NCBI GenBank assembly: GCA_965644295.1
Contig: CBFFRP010000371.1
Coordinates: 124,001-188,000, forward strand
Direction of reading: 5' to 3'
DNA length: 64,000 nt
Source of the DNA: Paraphysomonas bandaiensis
Taxonomy: Eukaryota > Protista > Chrysophyceae
Positions 12,896-26,025 of this stretch are shown here, piece by piece (position 1 is the stretch's first letter; each line of letters begins with the position of its first letter). The translations under genes and the position numbers were made by a program. The notes under the pieces are model-generated. The model searched no databases, had not been told where the DNA came from, and was given only the letters and a program-made list of their open reading frames with translations.

Positions 12896-15800
12896 ATGGA
12901 GTGTCGGTTTGTTCGTTTTCGATATGGACCAAGTGTACAAACTGTAGCTATTTATCCAGGTCTTCCTGCTGATGAATTTACTAAAATATTACGTACAGTA
13001 TTACCTGTAGTTGGTTCAATTGTTGGACTACAAGGAGAGGTCAGACATTCATATTATTCTTTATATCTTTAACTGTTTTACTTTCATAGAATGGAGCTGT
13101 TATTCCATTATCTCTTGCCTGTCATAATCCTAATGTATTAACAGGCTCTATGTATGTCTTACTCGTTGCTGATAACAGTACATCTTCTCTTGAATCTGGG
13201 GAAGTTGTATCGAGTGAACCTTCTGCACCACCGCTAACAGTGGAATCCGCAGAAGCTCCACAGAGGTGTGAGAATCTCGGTGGGCCAGCCCCCCCACTGC
13301 GCCCGTCAGAAGACCCCGTCTACGACGATGAACTCACAGGTACTATCAATATTGAATTTTTACGTCTGTATTGTGCTCCATTAATAATTGAATCAGCTGA
13401 AGATGCCCAACTCGCGGATAACACGATGGACGAACTCCTTCGTTTCATTGCGGGTTTGCGTGTAAAAAAGATAATAAAGAAGGCAGAGGCCGATGCTCTG
13501 GAAGAACTTCTTTTCAACAACAGGTAGCTTTACCTTGAATTTAGTTTTTTACATTATATATCTGCTTCTATAACTAATTCTTGCACTGACCCTTTTAGTT
13601 CTTTGGTGTTTGCTGCGTACTCCGTCGCCAAGAGCGCTGGTGACGCGCAGTACCTTGCTGAAGTATGCAAGGACATTGCTCACAGCATGATGACTTCTGC
13701 GGGTCAATCCGCATGTGCTGCCCAAGAAGACGTCCTTCAATGCTGCGATCAGCTTTACATCAACAGCAAAATCACTGAGAATCAGCTACTATACCTGCGT
13801 CACCTGGTGCTTATTCGTGATGAGGACGTCGCACAGCTCTATGACGACTTCCAGGAGTCTGGACAGGTGGAGAGCCTGCTCCGCAGTCTCTATCGCTTGG
13901 CCAACGTTCACCCAAGGTCTGTCATGGATGCAGACGGAGATTATGAGAAAGATGATAGCAGCGAAGAAGATTATGGTGATTTCGACTCTGAGTCATCTAG
14001 TGAGAGCTATCCGGATCGACAGCGCAAGTTGTCTCAACCGACGCAGGAGCAAATAGAGCCTCTGCAATCAATGACTCAACAATCTCGCCCCCAGGACTCG
14101 AAGCGTGGAGGAAAGCAAGAGGCAAGCGCTATGGTAACAACTCTCAATGGGGTGTTGTCATTGATGCTTAGAGCGGGAGACGTAACTCCTGTAGAGGCAA
14201 TGTTGCTGAACCACATGATTGCCTCAGATAACGAATACATAAACGCAGCATATGAACTCTTCCAAGCTGATGGTGATCTTAGTGAGCTTCAGGACACGAT
14301 GATGCGATGTGCGAAGCTGGAAATGCGAAGGCGTAATGACGAAGTCGATAGACAACAGAAGGCCCTCCAGCAAGCAAGTGATCGCAATGAACAAAGAAAG
14401 GCGATGCTCAGCAACAACCGCACTCAATCTCCTAGCACGGAGGAGGATGAGCAGGAACAGGAGGATGAACAGGAAAGTGATAGCGAAGACGAGGACTCTC
14501 CGTCAGGTTCGGAGCAACTAGACGTCTTACTAGGTGCTATGGGCATTAAGAACTCTTGGCAAGGCAGTGTTCCACCTCGTTTTGTACTCGCAGTGTTTGC
14601 AGCTGCGCAGAAGCGTCTTCTTGGAATTGGACAGGCGCGTGCACTGTGTGATCTCTATCAAGCCCAGTACGATCTTGTCCGTGCAGCGTGGGAGGTTTTC
14701 AATGTACAAGGGGATGTAGTGGACTTCACCGACACTCTGCGTCGTATAGTGAGGGACTTGAACTTTAAAGATGACGGAAATGTCGACCTAGCGGTTACTG
14801 ATGGGGACGAAGGAATTCAAAGCGGTGCAGCAGGGAGACAGGCGACTGTCATGCAAGCGGTTCGTGAAAGCGAGCAGCGTACTCAGGCTGCCAGGGATAA
14901 TAAAGCGGAGGCCCTACAGGCAGTTGCTGAGGCCAAGCGGGAGCTACTGAAACATTCTTTGGAAATTATGGTCAAGCAGGGTTTAGTGACCCCCACAGCG
15001 GCGTCAGGACTCTATGAACGCGCCCTACGAGGAGATCCCTTGACGGATGCGGCTATTGAAGGCTACGCTGGGGACCGTAATATCATGGAATTTTTAGATA
15101 CTCTTCAGATTTTAGCTAATAACACTCCAGAAGACCTCGACCGCATAATGAGGGATGCCATTAAGCTGGAAGCTGAAGCAGCGGCTGGTATCAATGGCCA
15201 GCAAGATGACAGTGAGAGTGGATCCGATAGGGAACGTGTGGAAGTGCTAGATGAACAGGAAGATGATGAGGATGGTGACGATGGCGACGACGGCGATTTA
15301 GACCGCGCTCAGATTGAACTTAGATCGTTTATTACCCGGCTTGTTAAAGATGGTGCAATTGATCGACACGTATACACTGTTCTGCTGAAGCTTATTATCT
15401 CCCGAGATGACCGAGTGATGGCCGCTCACGATGTGTACAGGTACACACGAATAGCTGTCTGGATTGTAGAAATGTAATGTATTGTGCTTTCTGTGCAGGG
15501 ATTTTGGAGATGAGGAGGACCTTATTGACTCTCTAGTTCGGGTGGCCCGCAAGGAGAACCTCAAACGTCAGGAGTCTGATGATAAAGGCATTGAAATGAG
15601 CTCTCTTGGATCTCGTGCTCCCACCACAAGTGGGAAGGCAACGACGAAGAGTCCTGGTATGGAGGTCGAAATGACCACAATGAACAAGCAGGATGGATCT
15701 GATGAAGAATCAGAAGAGGAAGAAAGTGGAGATGAGGGGCCGGGTCTATTTAATTCGGATGAACAGAAAAGCATCTTGCAAACCCTGGCCAAGTACGTTT

Positions 15801-16727
15801 ATATTGTATATAAGCTTGAGTGACATTGATTTTCGAAGTGTAGAATATAATTGTATGCCTCTATCTAATCTGTTTTGTAGTGCTGGTGTGCTCACTGCGG
15901 ATGCTTTGGACCAGCTGTGTGACATGGCGGACGACGGCGACCGCACACTTAAGCGTATCTTCCGCCAGTACGAGCAGACAAAGGATGTGTATCTTCTGAT
16001 TGAAAACCTGAAGCGTTCAGTTGAAGGATCAGACGAATCGGGCAGTGGCGACAGCAGCAACGGAGGGGATGATACAGATGATGGCAGTGATAATGATGAG
16101 AAACAAGCTCTCGACGAAGATGAGAGAGAAAGCATCGAGACAAGGTTTCTGGGCATCATACAGGGCATGAATTTGTCGCATCTGGAAACTGCCGCATTAA
16201 GATTGGCTATTGCTCGGGACGATGATTCCATACGATCTGCTTTAGAGGCTTTCCGTGCTAGTCGCAACGAAGAGGTTCTAATGGAGACCTTAAGAGAAGT
16301 GGCTCGTCGGACGATCAGTGATACCCTTACAGAGGCGGGGTATGATGGGGTTGAGGGTGATGAAGATGAAGTTCCTAATGGCCAGCGTCAGCGGAATGAT
16401 CGTGACGACGAGAGTGATGAGAACGAGGAGGGCGATGATGATGAGGGTGATGAGAACGATGAAGATAATGAGGACGATGAGCCCGCGGAGGAAGACCGTG
16501 GTCTCATGTCTACCCAGTCTGCGCGAGACTACATATTTCCTATCCTTTTGTCCGAACTTGTTAAAGAAAATGTCATGACTTCTGAGGATGGCGCGGTTCT
16601 GAAGACTCTCTTTGATAAAGGCGATGTCGTGGTAAACGCAGCTCTGGATGTGTATGATCTCGACAGCGACATGGCGGAGTTGGTAGACACTCTCCAGAGG
16701 GTAGTCACGGCCTCTAGGGGGCAGTAG
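12896..16727 (+). CDS. Large acidic uncharacterised protein with about 9 copies of a helical 'DxxVxAAx[ED]xYxxDxDxxExxDTL' repeat
   Basis: ATG at 12896 and exons joined by GT-AG introns across ORFs 13150, 13603, 15482 and 15693. The repeat motif and D/E-rich linkers are visible in the translations. Confidence 0.8.
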
Positions 16728-17210
16728 ACTAGCATTAGTGTTCCTTCGTTCTTCGCATGGAGTTTGAATGTATCATCATCATTTCATAGCGAATCTGTTA
16801 TTCACTGTTGCGTTCAAACTCTCCGAGAAACCTTGTCTTCAGTTCTAATACTACTGATTAATGCTTGTCGTGTAGTTTTAGCTTGTCGATCAACAACCAT
16901 GATAATAATATAGCATGTTTCTATTTTAGATATTCTTCGCATTATTATATTTATAGTGGACATATAATGATATAATGACTGGACCACAGATTCGTTTCCA
17001 CTCAAACATGGGAGCATACTCTAGCCATCCATTAATGAAAATGCAACCATTGTACACATGCATATTATGTTCAGAGAACGAAGAAGAGTGGAGTCCTGTC
17101 TATGAAATATCTCTTTTTCTATACTCTAACTTTGCTTTGACCTGATCTTTGCTGTGTGACTTCATCGTTCTGTAGTTATATGCGAGATGCGAGAACAATT
17201 TACAACTATA

Positions 17211-17341
17211 GTTATATTTTACCACGGGCAATAAGGAGGCTATATCGTCCCGCGCTCAAAATTTTGAAACGAGGGCGAAAAGCCCGAGTTTTAAAATTTA
17301 GACAAGGGACGATACTCCTTATCCCTAGGTTAAATTGTAGC
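17211..17341. repeat. About 130-bp imperfect palindrome (MITE/foldback-like)
   Basis: Nested inverted arms: ataaggag/ctccttat, tatcgtccc/gggacgata, aaattttgaaac/gttttaaaattt and gggc-gaaaa-gccc. Confidence 0.7.
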
Positions 17342-18183
17342 TTATCCTCATGACGTTGAAAAGTTAATATTACATGTATAACTATTTGTAGCATGCTTGC
17401 TGCTAACAGTAATAACACAAATGAGAACTCATATAGTTTCAAATCAATGATATGTATGCTGTAAGTGTGATGATAAATGTAAACTGTTGAAGGTGAGAGA
17501 GAGGCTTATTGTTGCCTTAATTAGCATCATCATCACATTTATATACAGCAGGCTTTACCTCTGCAAGTGCACCTGATCGAAAGATGTGTGTATGATATGA
17601 GACACAAAATATCCTGAGAAGCACGATATGGCTCCAACCCTGAAACAACTGGGTGCCACTGCTCCTAAACACTTATATAGCATCAGATATGGTACTTAAA
17701 CTATCCTGTAATATTCTTGTAGTTGTTTCGAATCCTGGATATGAAGACAGATCACTTGCACTGACCTCATTATGATCTTCTACAGCAGTCGAAGGATGGA
17801 ATATAACTTGGAGTTAGATTATCTGCTCTTGATATTTTGCTCATGATTGTGGTTTCTCTATAATTGTGTACTGTAATGATATCACGTACATATGACTGTC
17901 ATTATCATAATGAAGATAGAAGTGAGCTTCTGTTGAACCGAATATTGAAGTTGAATGTCTCTATTTGCCCGGTGCTGATATGAGCGCCCTGTTGAGTCGA
18001 AATCAGGTCAAAAAAAAGCTTTTTTTGAGACAAAATGGGGATAAGTATATAACTAAACTTGACTAGAGTTGAATCATTTATTACTTTGACTAGCTATTTA
18101 CACCAAAAATAGAAAATAGTATGACTAGGTCATTCCACCAATTTCACTAGGTTGAATATAATATTTCCCCAAGAAGTACAATA

Positions 18184-18415
18184 ATGAAATATATGGATGA
18201 TTGGGAACAGCAAGTTAAAAAAAAGTTGAAAGAAATGTTGCCTAATTCATTTGAACTAGTTCAGGATGGATGGACCTGAGAAGGCGTTTTCTGTTGGCCA
18301 GAACTGATGAAGAAGATGATGGTGTCGACTCACTGACAAGAAGACACCAAGAGCACCAAGAACAAAAGCGACTATGCTCGACGAATCCAACTAAGTACCG
18401 CTGCTTGAAGCATAT
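18184..18415 (+). mobile_element. Internally deleted hAT transposase relic
   Basis: 'KKLKEMLPNSFELVQDGWT' (the DxWT first-catalytic-Asp motif of hAT) is joined to 'SDYARRIQ..KYRCLKHI', the segment that precedes the hAT dimerisation domain. Confidence 0.55.
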
Positions 18416-18419
18416 TTAT

Positions 18420-18600
18420 TTCTGCCCACTCATATCCGAATGATTGTGAGGTAGAAGGGACACACATAATGTCGCTTGTGTTGACATCACTGGGCTCTGA
18501 CATATAAACAAGAATCCGGGATTGGGCTCACCTCAAGGGTAACCGGGGTGTTGAGCTACTTGCTGAAATCAAGCATCCAAGCTGTTCACCTTAAAGACTC
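18420..18600 (-). repeat. Unidentified dispersed degenerate coding repeat, copy A
   Basis: Shares gctgttcaccttaa, cacctcaagg..ccggggt and ttctgcccactcat with 21880-22110, 24517-24612 and 62900-63300. Confidence 0.75.
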
Positions 18601-19341
18601 TAGAATATAGTAGTCAAGCTATCAGGAATATCAAGAGCTCAGGGAGCTGCAGTAGTTCCATACTGTAAACTACAGTTAGCATCTCCATATATGATGATCT
18701 CATCAATGGGGACATCCACAATATACATACATACCTTACACTCTCACTGTAAACATAATCTTCTTCATTCTTGTAGATATACATACACTCATGCCTCCGG
18801 ATCATATGGACTATCCATGAGGCATCAGAGGTACAAAATACATACATAATTCGCAATAAAAACATATGGATTTATATGCAAAAGTCGGGATTTATATTGG
18901 ATTTTCTAGGATTTACGATTTTACGTCCAGAGTTTTTTTTTAAATCACGGACTCCCCTATACATCTTACAGTGGTATAAAAGTAGCATATTTCCTCTATA
19001 CAAAAACAACAATCAAAATTTTACGTGAATTTCATATGAACTAAAAACAAAACATCAAAAAAACATGATATCAAAATAGCACACAATTATCCTCATATCC
19101 GCTATCTAAACGGCTAGAAACAGTATACTAGTAGTTTATCCCAACTTTTATAAGATATTTAGACATCTCTAGTTGAAAAAACGTGGAAGTTTGTATATAA
19201 ACCACAAAATATGGACCAAACTTTTGTATCTCAATCCAGTCCATGTATGTCTTGTTCTTACATTGCAGTCATGGCTTACTGGCGTCCTTACAATATAAAG
19301 ATACTATAAGTTCAAATCTCTTATATATGACTTGTTTCAAT

Positions 19342-21371
19342 ATGAAAGGAATGAATGAAACAGAAAAGAAATCATCTTCTGAGAGTGTTTTAGGGATTTT
19401 AAAGGGGGTTGGAGAGTCTATAGCCGCCTATCGTCCCCCTTTGATTGAATGGTTGTCGGAATATTCAGTAAATGATTTATATAATGATATGAATGCGGGT
19501 GTTACAGTGTTTGTCTTGTCGGTGCCACAGGGAATGGCTTATGCATTGCTCACTGGTGTTCCTCCTGTGTATGGTCTCAACTGCGGTACAGTGCCATTGA
19601 TAGTGTATACTCTCTTAGGCAGTAGCCGGCAACTATCTTTAGGAGCTATGGCACTAACCTCTCTACTTTCTGCTGAAGTTGTTAGTGGTTTAGGATACGA
19701 ACCTGAATCAAATGACTATATCTATGCCACTCAGTCTCTTGCTTTATTGACTGGCATATGCTTAACACTGATGGGTGTTCTTCAAATGGGTAATTTAACT
19801 AAATTGTTATCCCCATCGGTCTTGAATGGTTTCATTACTGGTGGTGCAGCTGTTATACTTTTATCTCAGTTGAAGTATATTTTCGGATTGTCTGTTAATC
19901 GCGGTGGATATTCTCATGAAACCATATATCGCATATGCGTGAACTTACCGAAGTTGTCACCGTTAGCATTGGCAATCGGTATAGCTTGTGTTATAGTACT
20001 TTTGGGCACAAAGAAGTGGCGTCAGTGGTATAAGAATCAAGACAAATCGACACTCTCAGAGTGGCACAATAAATTGTATATGATATCGAACTCTCCGCAA
20101 TTATTTGTTGTTTTATTCACCACGGTTATTTCTTACGTAGTACATAAGTCGTCCTCGCTGAGTATTCCGATCGTGGGCCATGTGCCAGCTGGTTTAAAGA
20201 CCCCAATACTTGTAGGGTTGGATATTAGATTACTTCCTGGGGCTGTGGCTATCAGTCTTATATCATTTGCTGGTATGCATGCTATATTATGATGACTGTT
20301 CACTACAATGTGATTGCGCTGTATCTTCTAGCTAAAGTGTTATGTCTGCGATGGAGTGATTGACTAAATATGTTATGTTCTGCGCATACATTTTGTATTG
20401 TCTTATTCTTACTTGGTTCAGGCAATTGGGCTGTAGGTAAACAATTTGCCAAAGGCTATACAATATCAGCAGCAAGTGAGCTCTTTGCAACAGGCGCGGG
20501 AAATATAGCGTCATCTATTTTCAATGGTTTTATTGTATCTGGTGGGCTGTCAAGAACTGCTGTCAACGCTGAAGCAGGAGCAGTGACTCCGATGGCTGGG
20601 ACTATTAATGCGATATTCATGATTCTAACAATTCAGTTTTTGACACCACTGTTTCATTTTTTGCCAATGGCCACACTAGGGGCAATTATAATAGTCTCGG
20701 TCCTATCATTGATAGATATTGCTTCTATTAAAAAGGCGTATGATACGAAAAGCTATTCTGATTGTTTCATAATGTGTACCACTTCGTGTGTTGTATTTTT
20801 TCTTGATATTAACATCGGTTTAGTGGTGGGAATACTTCTATCGTTTTTGGTGTTTTTGTACTACAATATATATCCAGATGTAACTTCTGAACCGTTTTTG
20901 CATGATAAGGAAAAGAGCGCTGACATCGACGGCTACGGTAATTTCAATGCTGTAATTAAGACGACAGCACCTTTGTTTTTCGGAAACAGCGAGGTTGTGG
21001 TCGATTTAGCTTTGGACACGCTTCGGGGTATTCATTGTAGCAGTGATATTACTGGTGAAAGTACAGCAATAGTTTTTATGGATGCATCTTCTTGGGGTAG
21101 TCATATTGACATGCCCAGTGTAGAATCTATTCGAAAAATCGCTCAAGAGGCGGAGTCATACGACAAACCTAAACTGAAAATTGGATTCCTCAACCTGCAT
21201 GATAATTGTCTACAAACCCTAGTTAATCATGGAGTTGTTGGCAGTATAGATACGTGCTCCATTGGTTTTGAATTGGTAGTACGTGACTTGCATGCTTACG
21301 AAAATTCAATGCCGCCGCGCGCTCAATATGGAGAAGTTTCATTGGGAGAATGTAAGGAAAGCGCAATTTGA
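19342..21371 (+). CDS. SulP/SLC26 sulfate/anion transporter with STAS domain (2 exons)
   Basis: Contains D..AGVTV...VPQGMAYALL.GVPPVYGL, GSSRQLSLG, GF..G and GGLSRTAVN..AG, plus a STAS-like 'APLFFGN..IDMPSV'. The exact start is uncertain (the ORF is open from 19243). Confidence 0.93.
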
Positions 21372-21879
21372 AGCTATTGTGAGTATATTTCTATTAGAGA
21401 GATGCGTTTTTGTTACTGCTACAGTTTTATATTTTTTTTTTTGGAAAATTGAATAAAGTAAAGTACTAGTCTTAGCGTTAAATGAAAGATACATTTTGTT
21501 TTGTTTAATTTAAATGGAAAATATTGATTTTTATTACTCTATAATCCATTTGAAGAATAAGGCCTAATAGGAGTATAATAGCATGGCACACACACACACA
21601 CCGAATACCACACACATTAAATGATGAATTACGCTTATAGTAAGATAAATGTTGTGAATATTAGAATGTAAAATGATGAACACAGTAATGTAAGAAGTGA
21701 ATAATAATATATAACATACATAACTATCATATATAATTCAATAGTTAGAAGCATAACTGACAATGACGATCAAGTATCTTCAACAGATACTTCCATTACT
21801 AATTCACTTCATGATATATTGCACTGAACATAATATTTCGCTTATACAATTTTATATTAATCCTCAACAATGTCAAACT

Positions 21880-22110
21880 CGCACCTTAGATATTTCTCCG
21901 GGAAACTAACATCTATAGTTAGCAGATGATATTGTTCTACCCACTCATAGCCAAAAGCATGTGTAGTACAAGGCACACTAATATATGTGTCACTTGTGTA
22001 GACGTCTTTGGGCCTTGGCGAATAAACAGGCATCCGGGACTTTATAGCAATAGGCATGTAAGTGTTAAGGCTAAACAGAAATCTAACTAGTACTTAGTAC
22101 TTAATACTAT
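21880..22110 (-). repeat. Unidentified dispersed degenerate coding repeat, copy B
   Basis: The translation PVYSPRPKDVYTSD..VPCTTHAFGYEWVEQ..SFPEKYLR matches copies A and D. The stretch ataggcatgtaagtgtt..aaacagaaatcta is shared with 63240. Confidence 0.75.
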
Positions 22111-22186
22111 ACTATCCTACTATTTGTCGCTACGGAGGCTACTTGTCTGTCGCCGAAAGCACCAAGGTGCGACTACCTCCGTTTTA

Positions 22187-24438
22187 CAGGGCTGCGTTTC
22201 AATAAATTGATTTTCAATTAATTGACAACTATTCAAATCGCGATAAATTAAATTGGACATCATATATATTATCATAATTGCAATTGACTCCAGCTAGCTT
22301 CAAGTAATTGATAATAAAGACCTTTTTATGCTACTGTGAAAAGTTGTTTAAAAACTACTATAAATACATAGGATTATAGCACATAGTAATTCATTTAATT
22401 AATTAGCGATATATGAGCGATAAACTGGTACCAGAAGTCATTGCACGAGTATTTTTTGAGAAAGTAAATGATAATAACGAAGAGGTTGCAAAAAGAGGAT
22501 AAAAAGAAGATTATGACAGTGCGAGTCTAGCTCCGAATGACGACTCAGCGCAACGTTTGATTGATTGTAGCAGGCAACGGAAGAGAGCAAGACTTAACCA
22601 TCAAACACGTTTTACCGCAGCATGAAGCACTTGCATACCACAACCAATAAGGTTAAAGGGTTGTTCTCAGTAGAGCTAAGATTGTTATGACGGGTTTGCT
22701 CAAGAGCTTGATTCCTCAACATTTCAGTGCTACTAATGTTTTTACGCATGAATCGGCATCTCTGGAATGAAATAACAGTTGAGGTAGCTATATTGGCAGC
22801 TAGTGTTTTTTAGTACCAAATAATTGCAATAATTGAAATTGAGACAGCAAGTAATAAAAGTAAACAATATGCAAACGTGGGAAATTCTCAAAAATTTGGG
22901 AAATTGTTGTAGAATGACTCTGTTAAAGTGCTTGAATGCAATAGTATAGTGTTAATAATTATCTTTTTGTTAATATCTAGGACTTATATAGGACACACCA
23001 ACAGCACGTTTCCTTTTCCCAGTAACTGCGTTGTCTGCCCTAATACTACTATTATCAACCCACTGGTCTGCATGTGCAACAATTGAGTAGTTCCCAGCAG
23101 ACGACAATCTAGGCGCAGAACTCTTTCTAACTACTGCAATAATATTAGTCAATAATATATCAATACAAATGCAGAGAACTATTTATTATTAGCAGACCGC
23201 GTCAAAACCGTATACAAATGGAAACGCCCAAGGGTGCTACGAAGTCGAGGTAATACCAAAACCGGTGGTGAAATTATTGATGATGGTTGGAAAAGGGTAT
23301 AACTATGCACAATATGAAGTAACTATGAAGATATTAACAGTGTAAAAGTATTATTTATAATATTTTTTACTAAAATCTTCCATATTACTTCACTTTTACA
23401 GCTATAGTCACCGACTACACATATATATTACATACAGTTCAAAAAAGTATGAACTATATAACCATCTCACTATATACACCCATATACCATCTCACTCTAT
23501 ACACCACTACACCATCTCACTATACACCCAGATCGTCGAGCGCAGACAACCCGAGACTGGACCACCGCCCACTGCTCACAATCATACCCCCAGGAACATA
23601 TCATCGTCCTGCAAAAAACCCTCCCGCCCTCGACAACGACGCCGTCTCCGGCAACTCTACCTATGCCCGAGGCCCTAACAGTGCACTGAAACAGCGCAAC
23701 ATTCACATTCCAACTTCCCACCCACACACTCGGTACACTCAGGACCACCACAAAGCCCTGTGGAGTCTCATCCAAGGGGACCCCCTGATAACACGCGCCA
23801 GTGAGTCCTAGGACACACGATCATGGCGAAACTCACAATCAACATAAAGAACGGAAGTGGTCGCACCCTGGTGCTTGCGGCGACGCAAAAGCGTTAAATA
23901 GTAGGATAAGAGAGTTTGTGCTGATTAGTTATGGGTAGAGGTCTAAATAGTCTGTCTAGCATTCAACTAGCCACTACATTGGTACAGATTTTTAACGTCT
24001 ACTGCTAAATAACATGACTTTCAATATTTATTAGCACTCTAGTAACTAGCTAGTTTTAACAATGAATGCACGTCAAAACGTGGGAATTTTTACCCTCGTT
24101 TGCATATATTGTTTACTTTAAGCGCAATTATAATTTATTGGAAATTGCTCATTTTAAGCTAGATCACAGAGAGAATTTGTCGAAAGACTAGATAGATTTA
24201 TTAATATCGTTTACACGAAGTTGTGATAACCAACACTAACTCATTTTAATCCATGCATAATATCCTACATATGCGAACTATTTCAGTTTCTCAATATCAT
24301 CACAGCATTTGTACATCACTATATTTCACTGTATTCTCGTACATTGTCTTCAAGTGACATACTGAATATACTAGAATAAGATCCATATTCTAATATAGTT
24401 GACTACAACCTGCGTCAATTAATTGATACGCAGCCCTG
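22187..24438 (+). mobile_element. Non-autonomous hAT DNA transposon (2.25 kb) with TIRs and 8-bp TSD
   Basis: TIRs are cagggctgcgtttcaataaattga and revcomp cagggctgcgtatcaattaattga (22/24). Flanks are ccgtttta and ccgcttta (7/8, TSD). A degenerate hAT dimerisation domain 'RSMKHLHTTTNKVKGLFS.AKIVMT..KSL.P..LMFLRMNRHLWNE' lies at about 22610-22785. Confidence 0.88.
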
Positions 24439-24516
24439 CCGCTTTAACTCTATCACTCAAAGCAAACGCAGTGAGCAAGTAGAATGTTTATATACTGACT
24501 TCAGGATATTGGATTC

Positions 24517-24612
24517 CTTAAGGTGAACAGCTTGAATGTTTGACTTCAGCAGGCAGCCCAATACCCCGGGTGCCCTTGAGGCTTGAGGCGGGCCCATTCC
24601 AGATGTTTGAGG
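24517..24612 (+). repeat. Unidentified dispersed degenerate coding repeat, copy C (opposite orientation)
   Basis: cttaaggtgaacagcttgaatgtttgacttcagcaggcagccc..ccccggg..ccttgagg is the reverse complement of the motif in copies A and D. Confidence 0.75.
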
Positions 24613-25108
24613 TGAGTACCTTACACCTTACAGATGTAGCAAAAAACGAAATTACAGACCGCTCTGGAAACTTGTTGGGATTGGGAGCAGTAGTATATAG
24701 ATTTATACCTAAAATGGGCTATCTCGTTCTATGATATGGTCACTATATGTCGCAGGTATGACCATGCAAGGGTCAGTTCACATGAGTGTTATAGTCTCTT
24801 ATAGTACTGTCCTGATCGTCGTCTTTCTAACCAACATTAATAATTACTCACTTATAGCAAAATTCACCATTCCCGCTGATTTCGATGCTGTAAGTTCAAT
24901 CTACACACGAGACATAACTGTACATAACAAACTGGTTTCGCCATTTTTCGAGTAGTGCCACTTAGTTGATCAATAGCTGTACACACAAACTCCCTATTAT
25001 AAAAAGATTTTACTTAACCAAACCGTTTGGTGCATCTGCTCTACAATATACTTTTTCATATTTATCAAGAATTAAAAGTTCACTATACCCTTTGAAAGTA
25101 TTTACTTC

Positions 25109-25971
25109 CTACGTAGTGAGTATTCCATCTTCATCTAGACGCCGAATTATAGCCTCGCTCTCTTCCTCAACAGACATCACATTAGAGTGGATGTGAATCT
25201 CTGGCGATGGCGGTGCTTCATAAGGATCACTAATTCCTATTATATACAAGAAGTATATTCTTTAGTTAATGACAAATAAGGGTTATAAACACAATGAGAG
25301 TGAAAATTTACCTGTAAAGTTCGGAATTTCACCCGCTCTAGCTTTTTTATACAACCCTTTAGGATCTCTAGCCTCTGCTTCAGATAAAGGACAGTCCACA
25401 TATATCTCATAGAATGGAATATCTGCTTGTGTATGATGATCACGGACATTATTTCTATCACGGATATAAGGGCTCACAAAACTACAGAGTACTATCAAGC
25501 CAGCATCTGCAAATAACTTGGCAACTTCTCCTATACGACGTATATTCTCTTCTCTATCTTTCTCAGTAAATCCAAGATCACGATTAATACCAAGTCTGAT
25601 GTTATCACCATCTAAACGATAACATATCTTTCCTCTTTTAAATAATTCAGTTTCAAGATGTACTGCTAATGTACTCTTGCCACATCCTGATAATCCTGTG
25701 AACCATAGAGTAGCCCCTGTATATATACAGTACATATATTAAGATATATATATATGAATACAGGAGTAATACACATAACACATATCATATAGAGCCCTTC
25801 CACATGCATACATACATCATACATACATACATACATACATACATACATACACGTATATATATATATGGATATTATTATACCTTTATGGCCTAAGAGATGA
25901 TTCCTATCAGATCTCAATACCTCACCACCATGCCAAAACAAATTACTATTACTACTGCTATTGGTAGACAT
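25109..25971 (-). CDS. cysC: Adenylyl-sulfate (APS) kinase (3 exons)
   Basis: Contains [40 protein letters not shown] and [28 protein letters not shown]. The stop is at 25109-25111. Confidence 0.95.
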
Positions 25972-26025
25972 GATTGATACTTAAATACTCTCTGAGAAGT
26001 GATTCTTCAATACAACATGATCTCA

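Noticed and set aside
17260-17295. Hammerhead ribozyme suggested by the GGGC-GAAAA-GCCC stem
   Set aside because: The CUGANGA and GAAA core boxes are not present around the stem.
24517-24612. Conserved in-frame TGA (GCP*G) read as selenocysteine or TGA=Trp
   Set aside because: The copies carry other stops and frameshifts, CGA>TGA decay explains the pattern, and host genes use TGA as a stop.
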